In this document: piece after piece, positions 1 through 12,075 of the stretch
How positions within the stretch are numbered: the first letter of the stretch is position 1
Layout: each line of letters starts with the position of its first letter
Translations under genes and position numbers: made by a program
Assembly: GCF_026210795.1 (NCBI RefSeq)
Contig: NC_089433.1
Location: forward strand, 1,054,001 to 1,118,000
Direction of reading: 5' to 3'
Length of the DNA stretch: 64,000 nucleotides
Source of the DNA: Rhizophagus irregularis
Taxonomy: Eukaryota
Notes under the pieces: model-generated
Seen by the model: only the letters and a program-made list of their open reading frames with translations
What the model was told of the DNA's origin: nothing
The model's database searches: none

Positions 1-1217
1 GGACAATAATCTTTTACCAAATTTCCAGAATTATAACAACAACCATGAGAACCTAATACCCATCCAGTAGATTGACCTCCCGCAAAAGTTTCATAATCAA
101 ATTTTTCTGATGCACAAACTCCAACCCAAGCATAAAAACACACTTTCATAATAATGATATCCCATTCAAAAATACCCTTATTTTCTAATATTATTTTAGC
201 TCTAACATTTTGATGTAAAACACAACTATCTGACGCACATACAACTTTTTCGTTATCCATAATAGTAAGTTTTGATCCACATGCTGACTCATCCCAAGCA
301 TAATCAGATTCATTAATTCTATAGATTGGTATTCCTCGAATATCATTTAAATCTAATTCTTTACTACTGATAATTATTTCGCTTGGAATAATTTTTAGTG
401 ATTCAATGATATAAATCTGATCTTTTATTCGCCTGAAATCGATATATTTAACCAAAGTTTCCAACTCGTCGACAACATTCTGATGATCGACAATGAATTT
501 ATCTTCTACTTCTACTTGGGCAGAGTTTTCTATTTGTTCTAAAGTTGGCAACTGTTTCTTGAGAGTTTTATATGCGTTACTTGAAACTTGTTTTGCTGTT
601 AGAATAACACTATATCGAAAAACTTCATATTCTGAGGTTACAAAAGGTATTTCTTTATCAAACGTATAAGATAAAAGATATTCAAGTGCTGTAATAGACA
701 ATCGGCCAAATTCAATACTATTTAATGGAATAGTTGCAACTTCTTCAACCAATAAATTTAGAAGAATGTTAGTTTCTGATAACATTATTGCTTCTACAGC
801 TTTAGATAATAATTCTGGCGAATAATTTTTTGTATAATTTGAAAAATTATTTTCCAAAGTATTTTTAAGAATTTCCGTAATAAAATTTTGAAGTTCTGGC
901 AGTTGAAAATAATCCGCGATACAATAAATTTCGATTATATTTTCTTTCGTTATGGAATTTTTACTAACTGACCCTGTATAAATATATTCTAATATAATTT
1001 CCATTTCGGAAGAATTTATCGTAGGAAAAGAAATTTTGTCTTCATAACTTTCTTTCATTCCATTATAAAGTAATCTATCAAATACTTCGGATCTTGCTGC
1101 TAAAATAGCTCTACAACTATATAAATTTTTTTCATTTTTACATAAAATTGTTATATCGCTATACTTTGGATTATTTATTAGCAATTTCAAATCTTGTTCT
1201 AACGAATATCCTCTCAT
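1..1217 (-). CDS. BTB/POZ protein with C-terminal SPRY/B30.2-like domain; 3' end runs off the left edge of the window
   Basis: Manual translation from ATG at 1217 gives MRGYSLEQDLKLLINNPKYSDITILCKNEKNLYSCRAILAARSEVFDRLLYNGMKES...IILEYIYTG (BTB). The distal part reads WDESACGSKL...KGIFEWDIIIMKVCFYAWVGVCASEKFDYETFAGGQSTGWVLGSHG (SPRY-like). It is probably absent from the ORF track because the stop lies outside the window. Confidence 0.85.
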   Translation of the reverse strand, partial: MRGYSLEQDLKLLINNPKYSDITILCKNEKNLYSCRAILAARSEVFDRLLYNGMKESYEDKISFPTINSSEMEIILEYIYTGSVSKNSITKENIIEIYCIADYFQLPELQNFITEILKNTLENNFSNYTKNYSPELLSKAVEAIMLSETNILLNLLVEEVATIPLNSIEFGRLSITALEYLLSYTFDKEIPFVTSEYEVFRYSVILTAKQVSSNAYKTLKKQLPTLEQIENSAQVEVEDKFIVDHQNVVDELETLVKYIDFRRIKDQIYIIESLKIIPSEIIISSKELDLNDIRGIPIYRINESDYAWDESACGSKLTIMDNEKVVCASDSCVLHQNVRAKIILENKGIFEWDIIIMKVCFYAWVGVCASEKFDYETFAGGQSTGWVLGSHGCCYNSGNLVKDYC

Positions 1218-1601
1218 TATTTCTAGAAATTTTTTTAGGGTATTTGAATGATAAAGCCTCATTATAAATGTTTCATTGTTTATTTATATTAATTTTTTTG
1301 TACTCAGTTACAGACCTACAGTGTTACTACATCAAAGGGAGTTGTGTAACAGTCGTCATACGGCATATGCTGATTAAAGGCGTATTGTTGTTCAGGAACT
1401 ATGGCGTGGCCGTGCCGTACGATACAAAGCATGTAAAAACAACATGTCACTTTGTTTCTTTCATATGTCGATCAACACAAGATAATGACATGTTATTTGC
1501 ATAGTGGCATGTCATTGGTTTTATTAAAAAATAACTAAAATCAACCAGGAGAAATCTTCCTCATAGACGCATAAGCTTTGAAACTTCAATACCAGAATAG
1601 C

Positions 1602-1752
1602 AAACTTTGTTAATAATATGTTACATAGTAAAGCTCTTGGTCAAAATAGCATGTTGTAAAAATTCGTTTGGACGGTGAGAAACTTTGTTAATAATATGTT
1701 ACATAGTAAAACTCCTGGCCAAAATAGTATGTAGTAAAAATTCGTTTGAAAC
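1602..1752. repeat. Tandem duplication of a ~78-bp non-coding unit
   Basis: aaactttgttaataatatgttacatagtaaa...aaaattcgtttg occurs at ~1602 and ~1680. Confidence 0.85.
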
Positions 1753-2445
1753 GGGAAGAATTTTTCTTTTTCTTTTCGCTATTAATATATTTCATTTTTG
1801 TTTTATAAACTAAGATTTTGATATTTATTTCGAATAATTATAGAAGTTAATTCTAACTTTATTTTACGCTCATTATTAAATTAACTTACAGTACGCTCAA
1901 CAAATTAATTATAATTAATAATTAATTATAATTAATAATATTTGGTATTTTAACACTTAGTAGAAATTAACAAAAAGTTTAATATATCCTTATTTGTTAT
2001 ATGAAAGAGTTGTCACACAGGCTTCTGAGCCAAAAAACTGCATAGGTAGTACAGCGCGGAGAAAAGTAAATAATGTCACGTGATTTTCGGAGAATTTTTA
2101 TATCAGTAAGTAATTTACCTAAAAAGTATACCCCTCAGTTCCACGTCTATATAATAAAATAAAAGTAAATAAATAAAATTGCGTACATTTAAATAAGTAA
2201 CTTTTCTTTTCGCTTAGAACAATCGATTTACGGAGGAATTAAATTATGCCACGTTAGTCGTCCGTGATTTTTCTCATTGATATTTTTACGGATGATGTTT
2301 AGTTAGGAGGATACTAGTTAAAGGGATGAGCCAAAAAGTCTCGATAGTTAAAAATTATATACAGGATGATAACTTCGTGGTATAAACCAGTCATTAAAAT
2401 ACCGTAACTATTACACGACGTAGCTTTTATTTGCATAATTTATCG

Positions 2446-2588
2446 GGTTACGGTACACTTCGCCGAAAGCCATTTCGCCGAAAGGACGTTTCGCCGAAAA
2501 ATAGGGCCAACATTATGCAAAATTATAAATAACTTAGGCTAGAGATTATTTTTCGGCGAAATGGCTTTCGGCGAAATGTCCCGATACC
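2446..2588. mobile_element. MITE-like element with GG...CC ends and TTCGCCGAAA subterminal repeats
   Basis: The left end ggttacggtacacttcgccgaaagccatttcgccgaaa matches the reverse complement of the right end (ggtatcgggacatttcgccgaaagccatttcgccgaaa). Confidence 0.75.
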
Positions 2589-2997
2589 ATTTAGGATTTA
2601 GGTATTTAGGTTAATTACGGTACATTTATCGAGTTTTACCTGAAATATTAAGCATTTAAAGTTTTTCATAATGTACATTTCACAGTGTAATAATTAGAAC
2701 ATCGAGAAATTCGAGAAATTAACTAATAAAATTGAGTATTGCTAAATATCACCGCTGGTAAATGTCACCTTACCAGAATTAGGATAGAATTTTGGGCAGA
2801 ATTAAAAACGTCATGAAACTCCGCCCGTTAATATTTGCTAATGCTGGTACGATGAGAATCACTTGCGGTGTATCAATTTAAAAATTTTTTTTTTTTTATT
2901 TACTAGCTGCTAAGCCAAATGTTCGACAAGTTTTTATTTATAAAATCTTGATATATAAAAACTTAATAAATATGTATTATAATTTTTAGAACGTATA

Positions 2998-4941
2998 TTA
3001 ATCTTGAATATCAGATAAAATATTATTTAATATACTTTTTGCTTCTTTAATTCCATTATTTGCGGCTTTTTCGTACCAATCAATTGCTTTATGAATATTT
3101 CTATCAATTCCAATACCATCATAATAGCATTCTCCTATGTAAAATTGTGCCAATGCATATCCATTTTCCGCTGATTTTAAATACCATTTAAATGCTTTTA
3201 CTTCATCTTTATCCGTTCCTATACCTTTTTTATAACATATTCCCAAATTACATTGTGCCATTGCATATCCATTCTCAGCTGACTTCATGAACCATACTAA
3301 TGCTTTCATTTCATTTTTACTTACTCCTATACCGTTTTTATAACAATATCCTAAGTAATTTTGTGCTTTATCATGTTCATTTTCAGCTGATTTCATTGAC
3401 CATTCAAATGCTTTTACTTTATCTTTTTCTGTTCCTACGCCATTTCTATAACATATTCCTAAATTATATTGCCCATTAGCACATCCTGCATTAGCTGATT
3501 TCATATACCATTCAAATGCTTTTGTATCATTTTTATCTGTTCCTATACCATATTGATAACAGTTCCCTAAATTATTTTGCGCTATTTCATTTCTATTCTC
3601 TGCTGATTTTAAATACCATTTAAATGATTCTTTTTCATTTTTATCCGTTCCTACACCATTCATGTAACAAAATCCTAAATTACATTGCCCATCAGCATAT
3701 CCTGCAATAGCTGATTTCAGGAACAAATCAAATGCCTTTTTCTCATTTTTATTTGTTCCTATACCATTTCTATAACAGAGTCCTAAATTAACTTGCGCTA
3801 TTATATTTCCATTTTCTGCTGATTTTAAATACCATTCAAATGCTTTTTTTTCATTTACATCCGTCCCTATACCATGGTTATAACAAATTCCTAAGATACA
3901 TTGTCCATTAGTATATCCACTAATAGCCGACTTCAATAACCACTCAAATGCTTTTTTGTCATTTTTATTTGTTATTTTATTATTCAATAGATAAGATATT
4001 CCCAAGTTACACTGTGCCATAGCATTTCCATTTTCTGCCGATTTTAAATACCATTTCAACGCCTTTGTTTCATTCTTATTTGTTACTTTACCATTGTTAT
4101 AACAATATCCTACATAATTTTGTGCTTTTGAATCGTTCGCTATTGCCAATTTTAAATTCTTTTCAAATTCTTTCCTTTCACCTTTATTCTGTGTAATCAG
4201 CTGTTTACTTTCGGACTTCAAAAACCATTTAAATGCTTTTTTTTTATCTTTCTGTGTTCCCATTCCATCCATATAACAAATTGCTAAATTATATTGTGCG
4301 TCTAGATTTCCCCTTTTAGCAGCACTTAGAAATAATTCAAAAGCTTTCCTATAGTTAGATTTAACACCATCACCGCTTTGATAACAAACGGCTAAATTAT
4401 ATTGTGCTTCTAAATCATTATTTTTGGTCAATATTTCAAGGCTTAATAATTTATTCCTCTTATAATTAATATCTAAAATAATATCTTTATAATAAAATAT
4501 TGATAATAAATATTTTCCAATAATAATATTCTTATTTGTTAAATAATTAAAAGTATCCTTATCATAATTTAATTGATCAAAATCAAAATCTTCATTTAAA
4601 GAATCATTTTTAATTTCACTATTATTACCAATAGCTAACAAATATAATTCAACTGACTTTCCTTTATCTAGTTCACAACCAATACCAAATTGATAAAAAA
4701 ATCCCATAAAACTTGTGAACCAATATTTACTTACTTTATGATTTATCATCATTTTAAGAACTTTTTCGGGTTCTTTATTATTATTTTCAAGAATATGTTT
4801 TATCCACTCACTCGAATTTTTTTCAAAATTATTGAAATCATTTTCTTTAATAATTTTATAATGAAAATCTTTTAAAAAGTTTATTAAAAAATTTTCATCA
4901 TCTTCAGAAATATCAATACTATCCGTAATTTCATTTAACAT
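2998..4941 (-). CDS. Sel1-like repeat (SLR/TPR) protein, ~13 repeats, 647 aa
   Basis: Repeated 36-aa units of the form AQxNLGxCYxNGxGTxKNExKAFEWYxKSAExG in an uninterrupted ORF. Confidence 0.95.
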   Translation of the reverse strand: MLNEITDSIDISEDDENFLINFLKDFHYKIIKENDFNNFEKNSSEWIKHILENNNKEPEKVLKMMINHKVSKYWFTSFMGFFYQFGIGCELDKGKSVELYLLAIGNNSEIKNDSLNEDFDFDQLNYDKDTFNYLTNKNIIIGKYLLSIFYYKDIILDINYKRNKLLSLEILTKNNDLEAQYNLAVCYQSGDGVKSNYRKAFELFLSAAKRGNLDAQYNLAICYMDGMGTQKDKKKAFKWFLKSESKQLITQNKGERKEFEKNLKLAIANDSKAQNYVGYCYNNGKVTNKNETKALKWYLKSAENGNAMAQCNLGISYLLNNKITNKNDKKAFEWLLKSAISGYTNGQCILGICYNHGIGTDVNEKKAFEWYLKSAENGNIIAQVNLGLCYRNGIGTNKNEKKAFDLFLKSAIAGYADGQCNLGFCYMNGVGTDKNEKESFKWYLKSAENRNEIAQNNLGNCYQYGIGTDKNDTKAFEWYMKSANAGCANGQYNLGICYRNGVGTEKDKVKAFEWSMKSAENEHDKAQNYLGYCYKNGIGVSKNEMKALVWFMKSAENGYAMAQCNLGICYKKGIGTDKDEVKAFKWYLKSAENGYALAQFYIGECYYDGIGIDRNIHKAIDWYEKAANNGIKEAKSILNNILSDIQD

Positions 4942-5871
4942 TGCTATTTAATTAACATATGCATATTTTGATGTATGTATACATATAACTGAAATAGAAA
5001 GGAAAGAAAAAAATTTCTTCTTTTTTTTTAATGAAAGGGCCCATTAAAAGGTTTAAGTTTCTGCCAAGATGTCGCACAACACTACAACATTATCGAGAAA
5101 TAAACTTCCTTTTTAAGTAAATTTCCATAATAGTACTAACTTAGAACTCGGATGAATTTACGCCGATCAGTATTTTTTGTACGACCATCTATGATACTCT
5201 CATACACGAAAAAAAAAATACCTCGCACGAAGCAACAAAAATCGATTTTTTTATTTTTTTTTACTCTACATTTCTCTATACATAAAAAAAAAAATTATAC
5301 AGTAATTGCTATTTGATAGATTTCCCATAAAATTTATCAATTAAATTTTCGAAATGTCTTATTCTTTACGTTAATACAACGTTAATATTACAATTGAAGT
5401 TCACGTGAAAAAAAAAGAAAAAATTTTTTTTGCGTATTTTTAAAATTTATGTATGTATGTATGTATATATATAATATAATTTTTTTTATACATGTATAGG
5501 ATGACTCAAAGGGTGACTCATTGATACGATAATAAATTTCACGATAAAACCATACAATTATTACACACAGAAAACATCCAACACCTGATGAAAAGATCAG
5601 AACTAAACGTAATGAGTAATATGTAATAATAATTAATAACTTGTAATTAGATAATTAAATAATATCATATTTATAATTTATTGAAATAATGTGATATAAA
5701 AGATATATGATATAATATACATATAAGTAATATATAATATAATATAAATGAAAAATCAAATTCTTAAGAAATCTTAGTAAAGCCATACATCTATTATTAA
5801 TATAATAAATAAAATATTTTTTTGATAAAAATAGTAAAAAACCCACACTATTTAAAAACTAATAAAATCTC

Positions 5872-7932
5872 CTACCATTTTCTTCTAACATAATTATTTC
5901 CTTCTGCATCCCTTCTCAATTTTTGATAATTTGTTACTCCTTTAAGATTAATTCCCAATTCTCTTGCCGAATTTTTCATATCATTTAATTCTTCAACTAT
6001 ACATTCCCATGTTCTTGGATTCTTTACCAAATCTTCTAAACATTTTCTACATTTTGTTACTCCCATATAAACGTGAAATTCGCCTATTACTGCATTACAT
6101 TTTTTACACGGTAAATTTTGTTCTTCAACTTTTCTGTTAATGACTCCTTTTTTAGTATTACTCATATCAAGAATAATTCTAATTCTTCGATCAACTTCTT
6201 TTTGGTCCATTACAAATCCCTGTCGTAAATTCCCCATTGATGTTGGTCTTTGTAAAATTCTTCTGTTTTGTTCTTGATAATTATTTCCCCTTAAATTCTC
6301 GTTACTTTTTGAATTATACGGAAATCTCTTTCGATTATTATTTCTATTTTGAACTCTACTTGCATAAGTATCATTAACTTCATCTCCCCAAGTTGATCTT
6401 TCTGATGGTCCCCAATTTATATTTTGATCAATATCATTCGTTTGATCCCATTGCGAATAATCAAATTCCTTTCTTTGATTTGGTTGATTCTGTAAACTTA
6501 ACCCCTTTTCGCATGATATACATCTTTTAGAATTTCTATCAATTTCTATTTCATGTTCATGCTTTTTACAATATCCATGTCCTCTCCAACATATACATTT
6601 AGTCTCAATATCTTCTCGTTGTTTTCCATTTCCATAAATAAATCCCCCTATTGTATTCATGTCTGTCGCTCCTTCTGGAAATCCTTTTTCTACATAATTC
6701 TGATATTCTTCCCATTTTTTAATTGCTACGTTCGCTGGTACTTCTGAAAATTTCTGTACTGCTTTTTCAATCATATCCCCCGTTTCTTTCGAAATTTTTT
6801 CTAATTTTACATATTCTTTCTTTTTTAAACAATACATTCCTCCTGTACTATCCATACTATCATAATTACTATTATTTAAGTTATAATAATGATTTTTCCA
6901 AAAATTTTTATTATATAATTCGCCTTTAAATCCATAATTTTCACATTCTTTACAAAATACTGTTAATTCTCCATTATCACATTCTTTACAATATTCTCCA
7001 TCATATTCCCCATGTCGCTGACATTTTGCTCTTGTTTCAATTACTTCAATTACTTCTTTTGTAATTATTGCTTCTACTTCTTTTGGTATATTCTTACATT
7101 CTTTACAAAAAATTCCATCCATATCTTCTACTTGTACTGGTAAACAACATTCCCCACAAATTTTTATTTTATCTCCATGTCTCGTATAAAATGCCATTAA
7201 TGCTTTCGAAAACTGTTGAGTTACTGTGCTATTTTCTGCTGGCTTAACCATTCCCCCATATTCAGTATTTCGATATTCTAATGCTTCTTCTAAAATTGAT
7301 TCTCCAAATTCTTCGCGTAATTTTTCATGAATTTCAACTCTTCTTTTTAGAATTTTAATATTAATTTTTCTTGATTTTTTCAAAATATTTTTATCTTTTT
7401 TATCATTATAATCAATTATGATTTCATTATCTCCCCTCTTAATACTTTCTTTTAATTCTTCTAAATTAAGAATTTCTTCATTTTTAAACCTAATAGTATA
7501 ATAATTAATTGCCCCTTTTACAAATTTACAATTACATTCCATTTTTTCACATTCTTTACACTTTTTATTTTCTAATTTACATGCCCCACATATCTCTACT
7601 TCAAAATTTTTCAAATTACTATTACATTTTTTACATTTTTCTACTGGTTCTGTTTTTTCCCAATTATCCCAATTTCCATTTCCCCATTCATTATTTACTG
7701 GTGACTGATTTTTACTTCGCAATTCATGAAGTTCCCTTTTCAATTCTTCATTCTCTTTCCTTTCTTTTTCTTGGTTTTTTGTAATTTCTTCCAATTTTTC
7801 ATGAAGTTGCCTTTTCAATTCTTCATTCTCTTTCCTTTCTTTTTCTTGGTTATTTGTAATTTCTTCCAATTTTTCAATTAATTGTAGATTTTCTTCATTC
7901 AATTTATTATACTTTTCTTTCAAAAATTCCAT
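5872..7932 (-). CDS. Uncharacterised 686-aa protein: N-terminal coiled coil, many CxxC clusters, N/Q/R-rich low-complexity segment; possibly element-borne
   Basis: A 2-kb intronless ORF in very AT-rich DNA. It carries a duplicated 25-aa unit (EKLEEITxNQEKERKENEELKRxLH) and repeated CKKC/CGAC/CKEC/CGEC/CISC/CRKC motifs. No family recognised. Confidence 0.7.
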   Translation of the reverse strand: MEFLKEKYNKLNEENLQLIEKLEEITNNQEKERKENEELKRQLHEKLEEITKNQEKERKENEELKRELHELRSKNQSPVNNEWGNGNWDNWEKTEPVEKCKKCNSNLKNFEVEICGACKLENKKCKECEKMECNCKFVKGAINYYTIRFKNEEILNLEELKESIKRGDNEIIIDYNDKKDKNILKKSRKINIKILKRRVEIHEKLREEFGESILEEALEYRNTEYGGMVKPAENSTVTQQFSKALMAFYTRHGDKIKICGECCLPVQVEDMDGIFCKECKNIPKEVEAIITKEVIEVIETRAKCQRHGEYDGEYCKECDNGELTVFCKECENYGFKGELYNKNFWKNHYYNLNNSNYDSMDSTGGMYCLKKKEYVKLEKISKETGDMIEKAVQKFSEVPANVAIKKWEEYQNYVEKGFPEGATDMNTIGGFIYGNGKQREDIETKCICWRGHGYCKKHEHEIEIDRNSKRCISCEKGLSLQNQPNQRKEFDYSQWDQTNDIDQNINWGPSERSTWGDEVNDTYASRVQNRNNNRKRFPYNSKSNENLRGNNYQEQNRRILQRPTSMGNLRQGFVMDQKEVDRRIRIILDMSNTKKGVINRKVEEQNLPCKKCNAVIGEFHVYMGVTKCRKCLEDLVKNPRTWECIVEELNDMKNSARELGINLKGVTNYQKLRRDAEGNNYVRRKW

Positions 7933-7964
7933 TTTTCAATCTATTTGGTATTTTTTTTTTTAAG

Positions 7965-8316
7965 AGAAAGAGAGTTTAGAAATTTGAAGAGTTTTTGTAG
8001 AGTTTAGGAATTTAATAAGAATTTTTTTTAAAAAAAAAAGAGTGAAGAGTTTTTGTAGAGCTTAGAAATTTAATAAGAATTTTTTTTAAAAAAAAAGAGT
8101 GAATGAGTTTTTGTAGAGTTTAGAAATTTAATATTAAGGATTTTTTTTTTAAAAAAAAGAGTGAAGAGTTTTTGAATAAGAATTTTTTTTTAAAAAAAAA
8201 GAGTGAAGAGTTTTTGTAGAGTTTAGAAATTTAATAAGAATTTTTTTTAAAAAAAAAAGAGTGAAGAGTTTTTGTAGAGTTTAGAAATTTAATAAGAATT
8301 TTTTTTTAAAAAAAAG

Positions 8317-8367
<51 letters not shown>

Positions 8368-8745
8368 GAAGAGTTTTTGTAGAGTTTAGAAATTTAATAA
8401 GAATTTTTTTTAAAAAAAAAAGAGTGAAGAGTTTTTGTAGAGTTTAGGAATTTAATAAGAATTTTTTTTAAAAAAAAAAGAGTGAAGAGTTTTTATAGAG
8501 TTTAGAAATTTAATAAGAATTTTTTTTTTAAAAAAAAGAGTGAAGAGTTTTTGTAGAGTTTAGAAAAATTTAATAAGAATTTCTTTAAAAAAAAGAGTGA
8601 AGGTTTTTGTAGAGTTTAGAAAAATTTAATAAGAATTGCTTTAAAAAAAAGAGTGAAGAGTTTTTGTAGAGTTTAGAAATTTAATAAGAATTTCTTTAAA
8701 AAAAGAGTGAAGAATTTTTGTAGAGTTTAGAAATTTAATGAGTAG
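7965..8745. repeat. Tandem array of ~13-14 units of ~55-60 bp, each with a T-run/A-run palindrome; one unit has a ~48-nt poly(A) expansion
   Basis: The unit is gagtgaagagtttttgtagagtttagaaatttaataagaat(T)n(A)n; the long A run lies at ~8317-8365. Confidence 0.95.
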
Positions 8746-8776
8746 AGTTTTTTTTTTGGATTGAAAAAATCATCTC

Positions 8777-8900
8777 CTTTTATAATATTTCTTTTGTGGT
8801 TTGACGCCTAATGACAAACCATTTTTCATTAGAAAATTTATGATAATTATATTATTTAAAATATGACGTCATGGGAATAAATCTCATGATTCATGACTCA
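8777..8900 (-). promoter_or_regulatory. Candidate promoter of the 686-aa ORF (TATA box plus bZIP-type sites)
   Basis: Minus-strand TATAAAAG at ~8784-8777, with TGACGTCA at ~8863 and TGACTCA at ~8894. Confidence 0.35.
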
Positions 8901-9608
8901 TCACGATTTAATTAATCATAATTAGTAAAATAATTTTTGTGTTGTGCGTAGTTACTTTAGAATATAATTTATTAATCATGTTTCAATTGTTTCATACTCT
9001 TAAATATGAATTATATATTAGTACATTATTCTTAGTATTCTTCTGAAAAATTAATTGTAAGAAAATTTTAGGTAATATTGAATTTTTTAGATTACTTTAT
9101 GTAAAGTAAATATGTAAAAATAAATAGTATATCCGATGACGTTATTACAACTTTAGTTATTGAAGTTACAAAATTATTAGTATACTAAATTAATTTTGTT
9201 AAATTTAGTCCAAGCTGTAAAAAACTTAATCAAGTATCAATTTTTATTCAATTACTGTATATTTTATGTTTAAAAATTTTATTATTAATACTTCATGACC
9301 TTTGACTTTTAAAGATATATGTCACAAAGAAAATGAATGATTCAAACAAATAATTTTAGGAATTTTGGAATGTGTTTCATGTGATTTATATCTTATGTTT
9401 CAGAGTGTCATCATAAATTAAACTATTACAAAAAATTTGTCATAATTTATCATACTTATTTAACCAAAAATGTATCAAATTAAAAATATATATGAAAAAA
9501 AAAATTTATATAAATTGTTATACATTTTTTCTATAGTTTTTTCTATTTTTTTTCTATTTCGTCAATATTTTTTTTTTAATAAGATTTTCTTAGTAACTTT
9601 CTTAAATC

Positions 9609-10485
9609 ATGCCACCAAAAAAGGAAATCGGTAAAGTGCTTTTATCAATTGTGAAGAAACTATTTTGAACTTGCAAATATAAAAAATATTTACTACTCAA
9701 TAAATTTCTTTTTCACTAGATTTAAAAAATTTGGATCTTACCCATATTTACACCCCAGAGGAGATTGAATACATTAACGAACATCTTAAAACTCATATTA
9801 ACTTTGAAAATGGAAGGCTACTTCCTATTTCACAATCTCCAATTGCTAATGAGGCTGTTGTACATGAAATTTCTAGACAACTTGGTAACTGGAATGTTGA
9901 AACTGGTCAAAATGGTATTGTTACCACATCTCAAGGAGGTTATAATTTTAGTGTTAGTGGCCAGAAGAAGATTCGAGCACCACATATTGCTTTTATACCT
10001 GAAAATATTTATAGTTCACTTAATAAAACCCAGCTTTTGACTTTTCTTGGCCAACCTTTTACTCCCATATTTGTTGCTGAGGTTGTAAATGTTTCAAAGG
10101 AAGCAATATTTAATGAAGTTGATATTAGATTCAAGAATGATTACTTTGCAACGGGTACTTCTGTAAAGTTGGGATGGTTAATTGATCCAAGGAATCACAT
10201 GATCTGGACTTATGAAAAAGATGATGATGATGAAAATGTTACCCGTCAAAAACATAAATGGGAAGATTTAGACGGTGGTGATATTTTACCAGATTTTACT
10301 TTGGACATAGAATTTGTTGAAAAAATTATCTCACAGGTATGTCTTTATTTTATTTATCATGTTATAGATTTTTATCTTAGTTTCATTTTGCATTTTAGAA
10401 ATATGAAGATGATGAATTATTAATTGAAGAAGTTAAAGAAAATGAAGATAAAGAAGGAAAACCAATGAAAAAGATTTGGGTTTGA
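9609..10485 (+). CDS. Uma2/DUF820-family PD-(D/E)xK nuclease-fold protein; 3 exons (9609-9630, 9720-10336, 10399-10485)
   Basis: Motifs NEAVVHEISRQLGNWN, SQGGYNF, RAPHIAF, PIFVAEV, KLGWLIDP and LDGGDILPDFTLD match Uma2-type proteins. GT-AG introns join in frame from MPPKKEID to ...KKIWV*. Confidence 0.85.
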
Positions 10486-11782
10486 TATGATTAAACAATT
10501 AACGAAAAAACATTGTAGATACAAATATTAAAAAAAGAATAAAAATATATTATGTTACAAATCTACATTTCTTTTTGAAGCAATTACCTGGGGTGGAGTT
10601 AGATACTAGAATAAAAAAAATTTTGATTATTTCTTGAACAGGTTCATAATTTGTCAGTATTAGGAAATTTGTTTGTTAAATCTTTACATTTAAATTTAAT
10701 AAAATATATTATCCTATCATATGAGACTCTTATAAAAAAATGCTGGAAGTCCCATAAAAGGAATATTTAGAAAAATGCTATTAAAAATAACTTGAATTGT
10801 TCAAATTTGTCATCCAAAATTTTAGAATTTGTTCAGTATGAAAGTCCCATCGTGAAAAAATCCTAGACATATTTCAGATATTTCTGTTAATAAAGTAATA
10901 TAAAAAGCATAACTGTGGCATGTGGAAGTTTGTGAAAGTGAAGGAAAGTGGAAATTAATAAATTAGAGTAATTATTTTATTAAAATAGAATGTAATATTA
11001 ATTTAACAATAAATTTATTCAATTTCAATTTATTAAAATATATTAATTTAAAAATAAACTATGTCATCACCTAATGTTTCATATTTTCTGCAAGTTTTGT
11101 TTTAAAAGATTTTATAACTATTGTAAAGAAAATAAGCTAACTTTTATTTTTAAAAAAAAATTTGTATTCTTGGTATTTGGTAATGTAGACGCAAAAAAAA
11201 GCTTAAATAACAGCTTAAATGCGATAAATATTTAAATAGATCAGTTGCCACAAACTGCGCCATATGTAACAAAATCACTAGCTTTTTTGATGGTGTTACT
11301 GGAGAAGATGTATCTTACATTCATTTATTAAAAGTTTTAGATATTACTACATATAAAAACAACTTTTATTAGAAATTTATTCGTTATAAAAAATTGAATA
11401 TTGTCAAATAAAAAAATAAATAAATAAACAAATCTAATAATACTTATTAAATATAATATGTATTTTTTTTTATTACAATCTCATTAATTATATATCACAA
11501 AATTATACTACATATATATTTTAATTCATTTTGGATCTAAAATTATTAATTCCACAATTTGCCATCGGACTCTCGACGAAGTTCTTCCATTACTTCTACT
11601 TCGCCAGCCTCTCAACCATTAATGACATTGCGTTTGTAAAACGGAAAGTCACTTTTATTGATGAAACAAAATAAAATGGATGACCGTTTGATTCTTAAGT
11701 AGTAGTAGCATTATTTAAAATTTAAATTTATAAAAAAATTATTGCATCGTATTTCTATATTTACTATAAATATTTTTATCGT

Positions 11783-12075
11783 CAGCTCAATAGGATCATG
11801 CAGATTTTCATAAACCGATATTATTAGGAATATTAATAATACATGATTGATATAATAAAGTGGAGCAAAAAATATGTTGTAATTCCGTGTAAATTAAATT
11901 CTATAGGAAAAGTTTAAATGAAGTTATCGTTCAGCCCAATAGAATCATACAGATTTTCATCGACCGATATTTTCATTAGCCATAGCAATAACACATGATT
12001 GATATAATAAAGTGGAGTAAAAAAATGGCGTAAATGAAATATTTTGTAGGTAAAGTTTAAATAAAGCTATAAAGT
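11783..12075. repeat. Degenerate tandem duplication of ~150 bp
   Basis: cagc(t/c)caatag(g/a)atcat(g/a)cagattttcat...acatgattgatataataaagtggag occurs twice. Confidence 0.75.
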
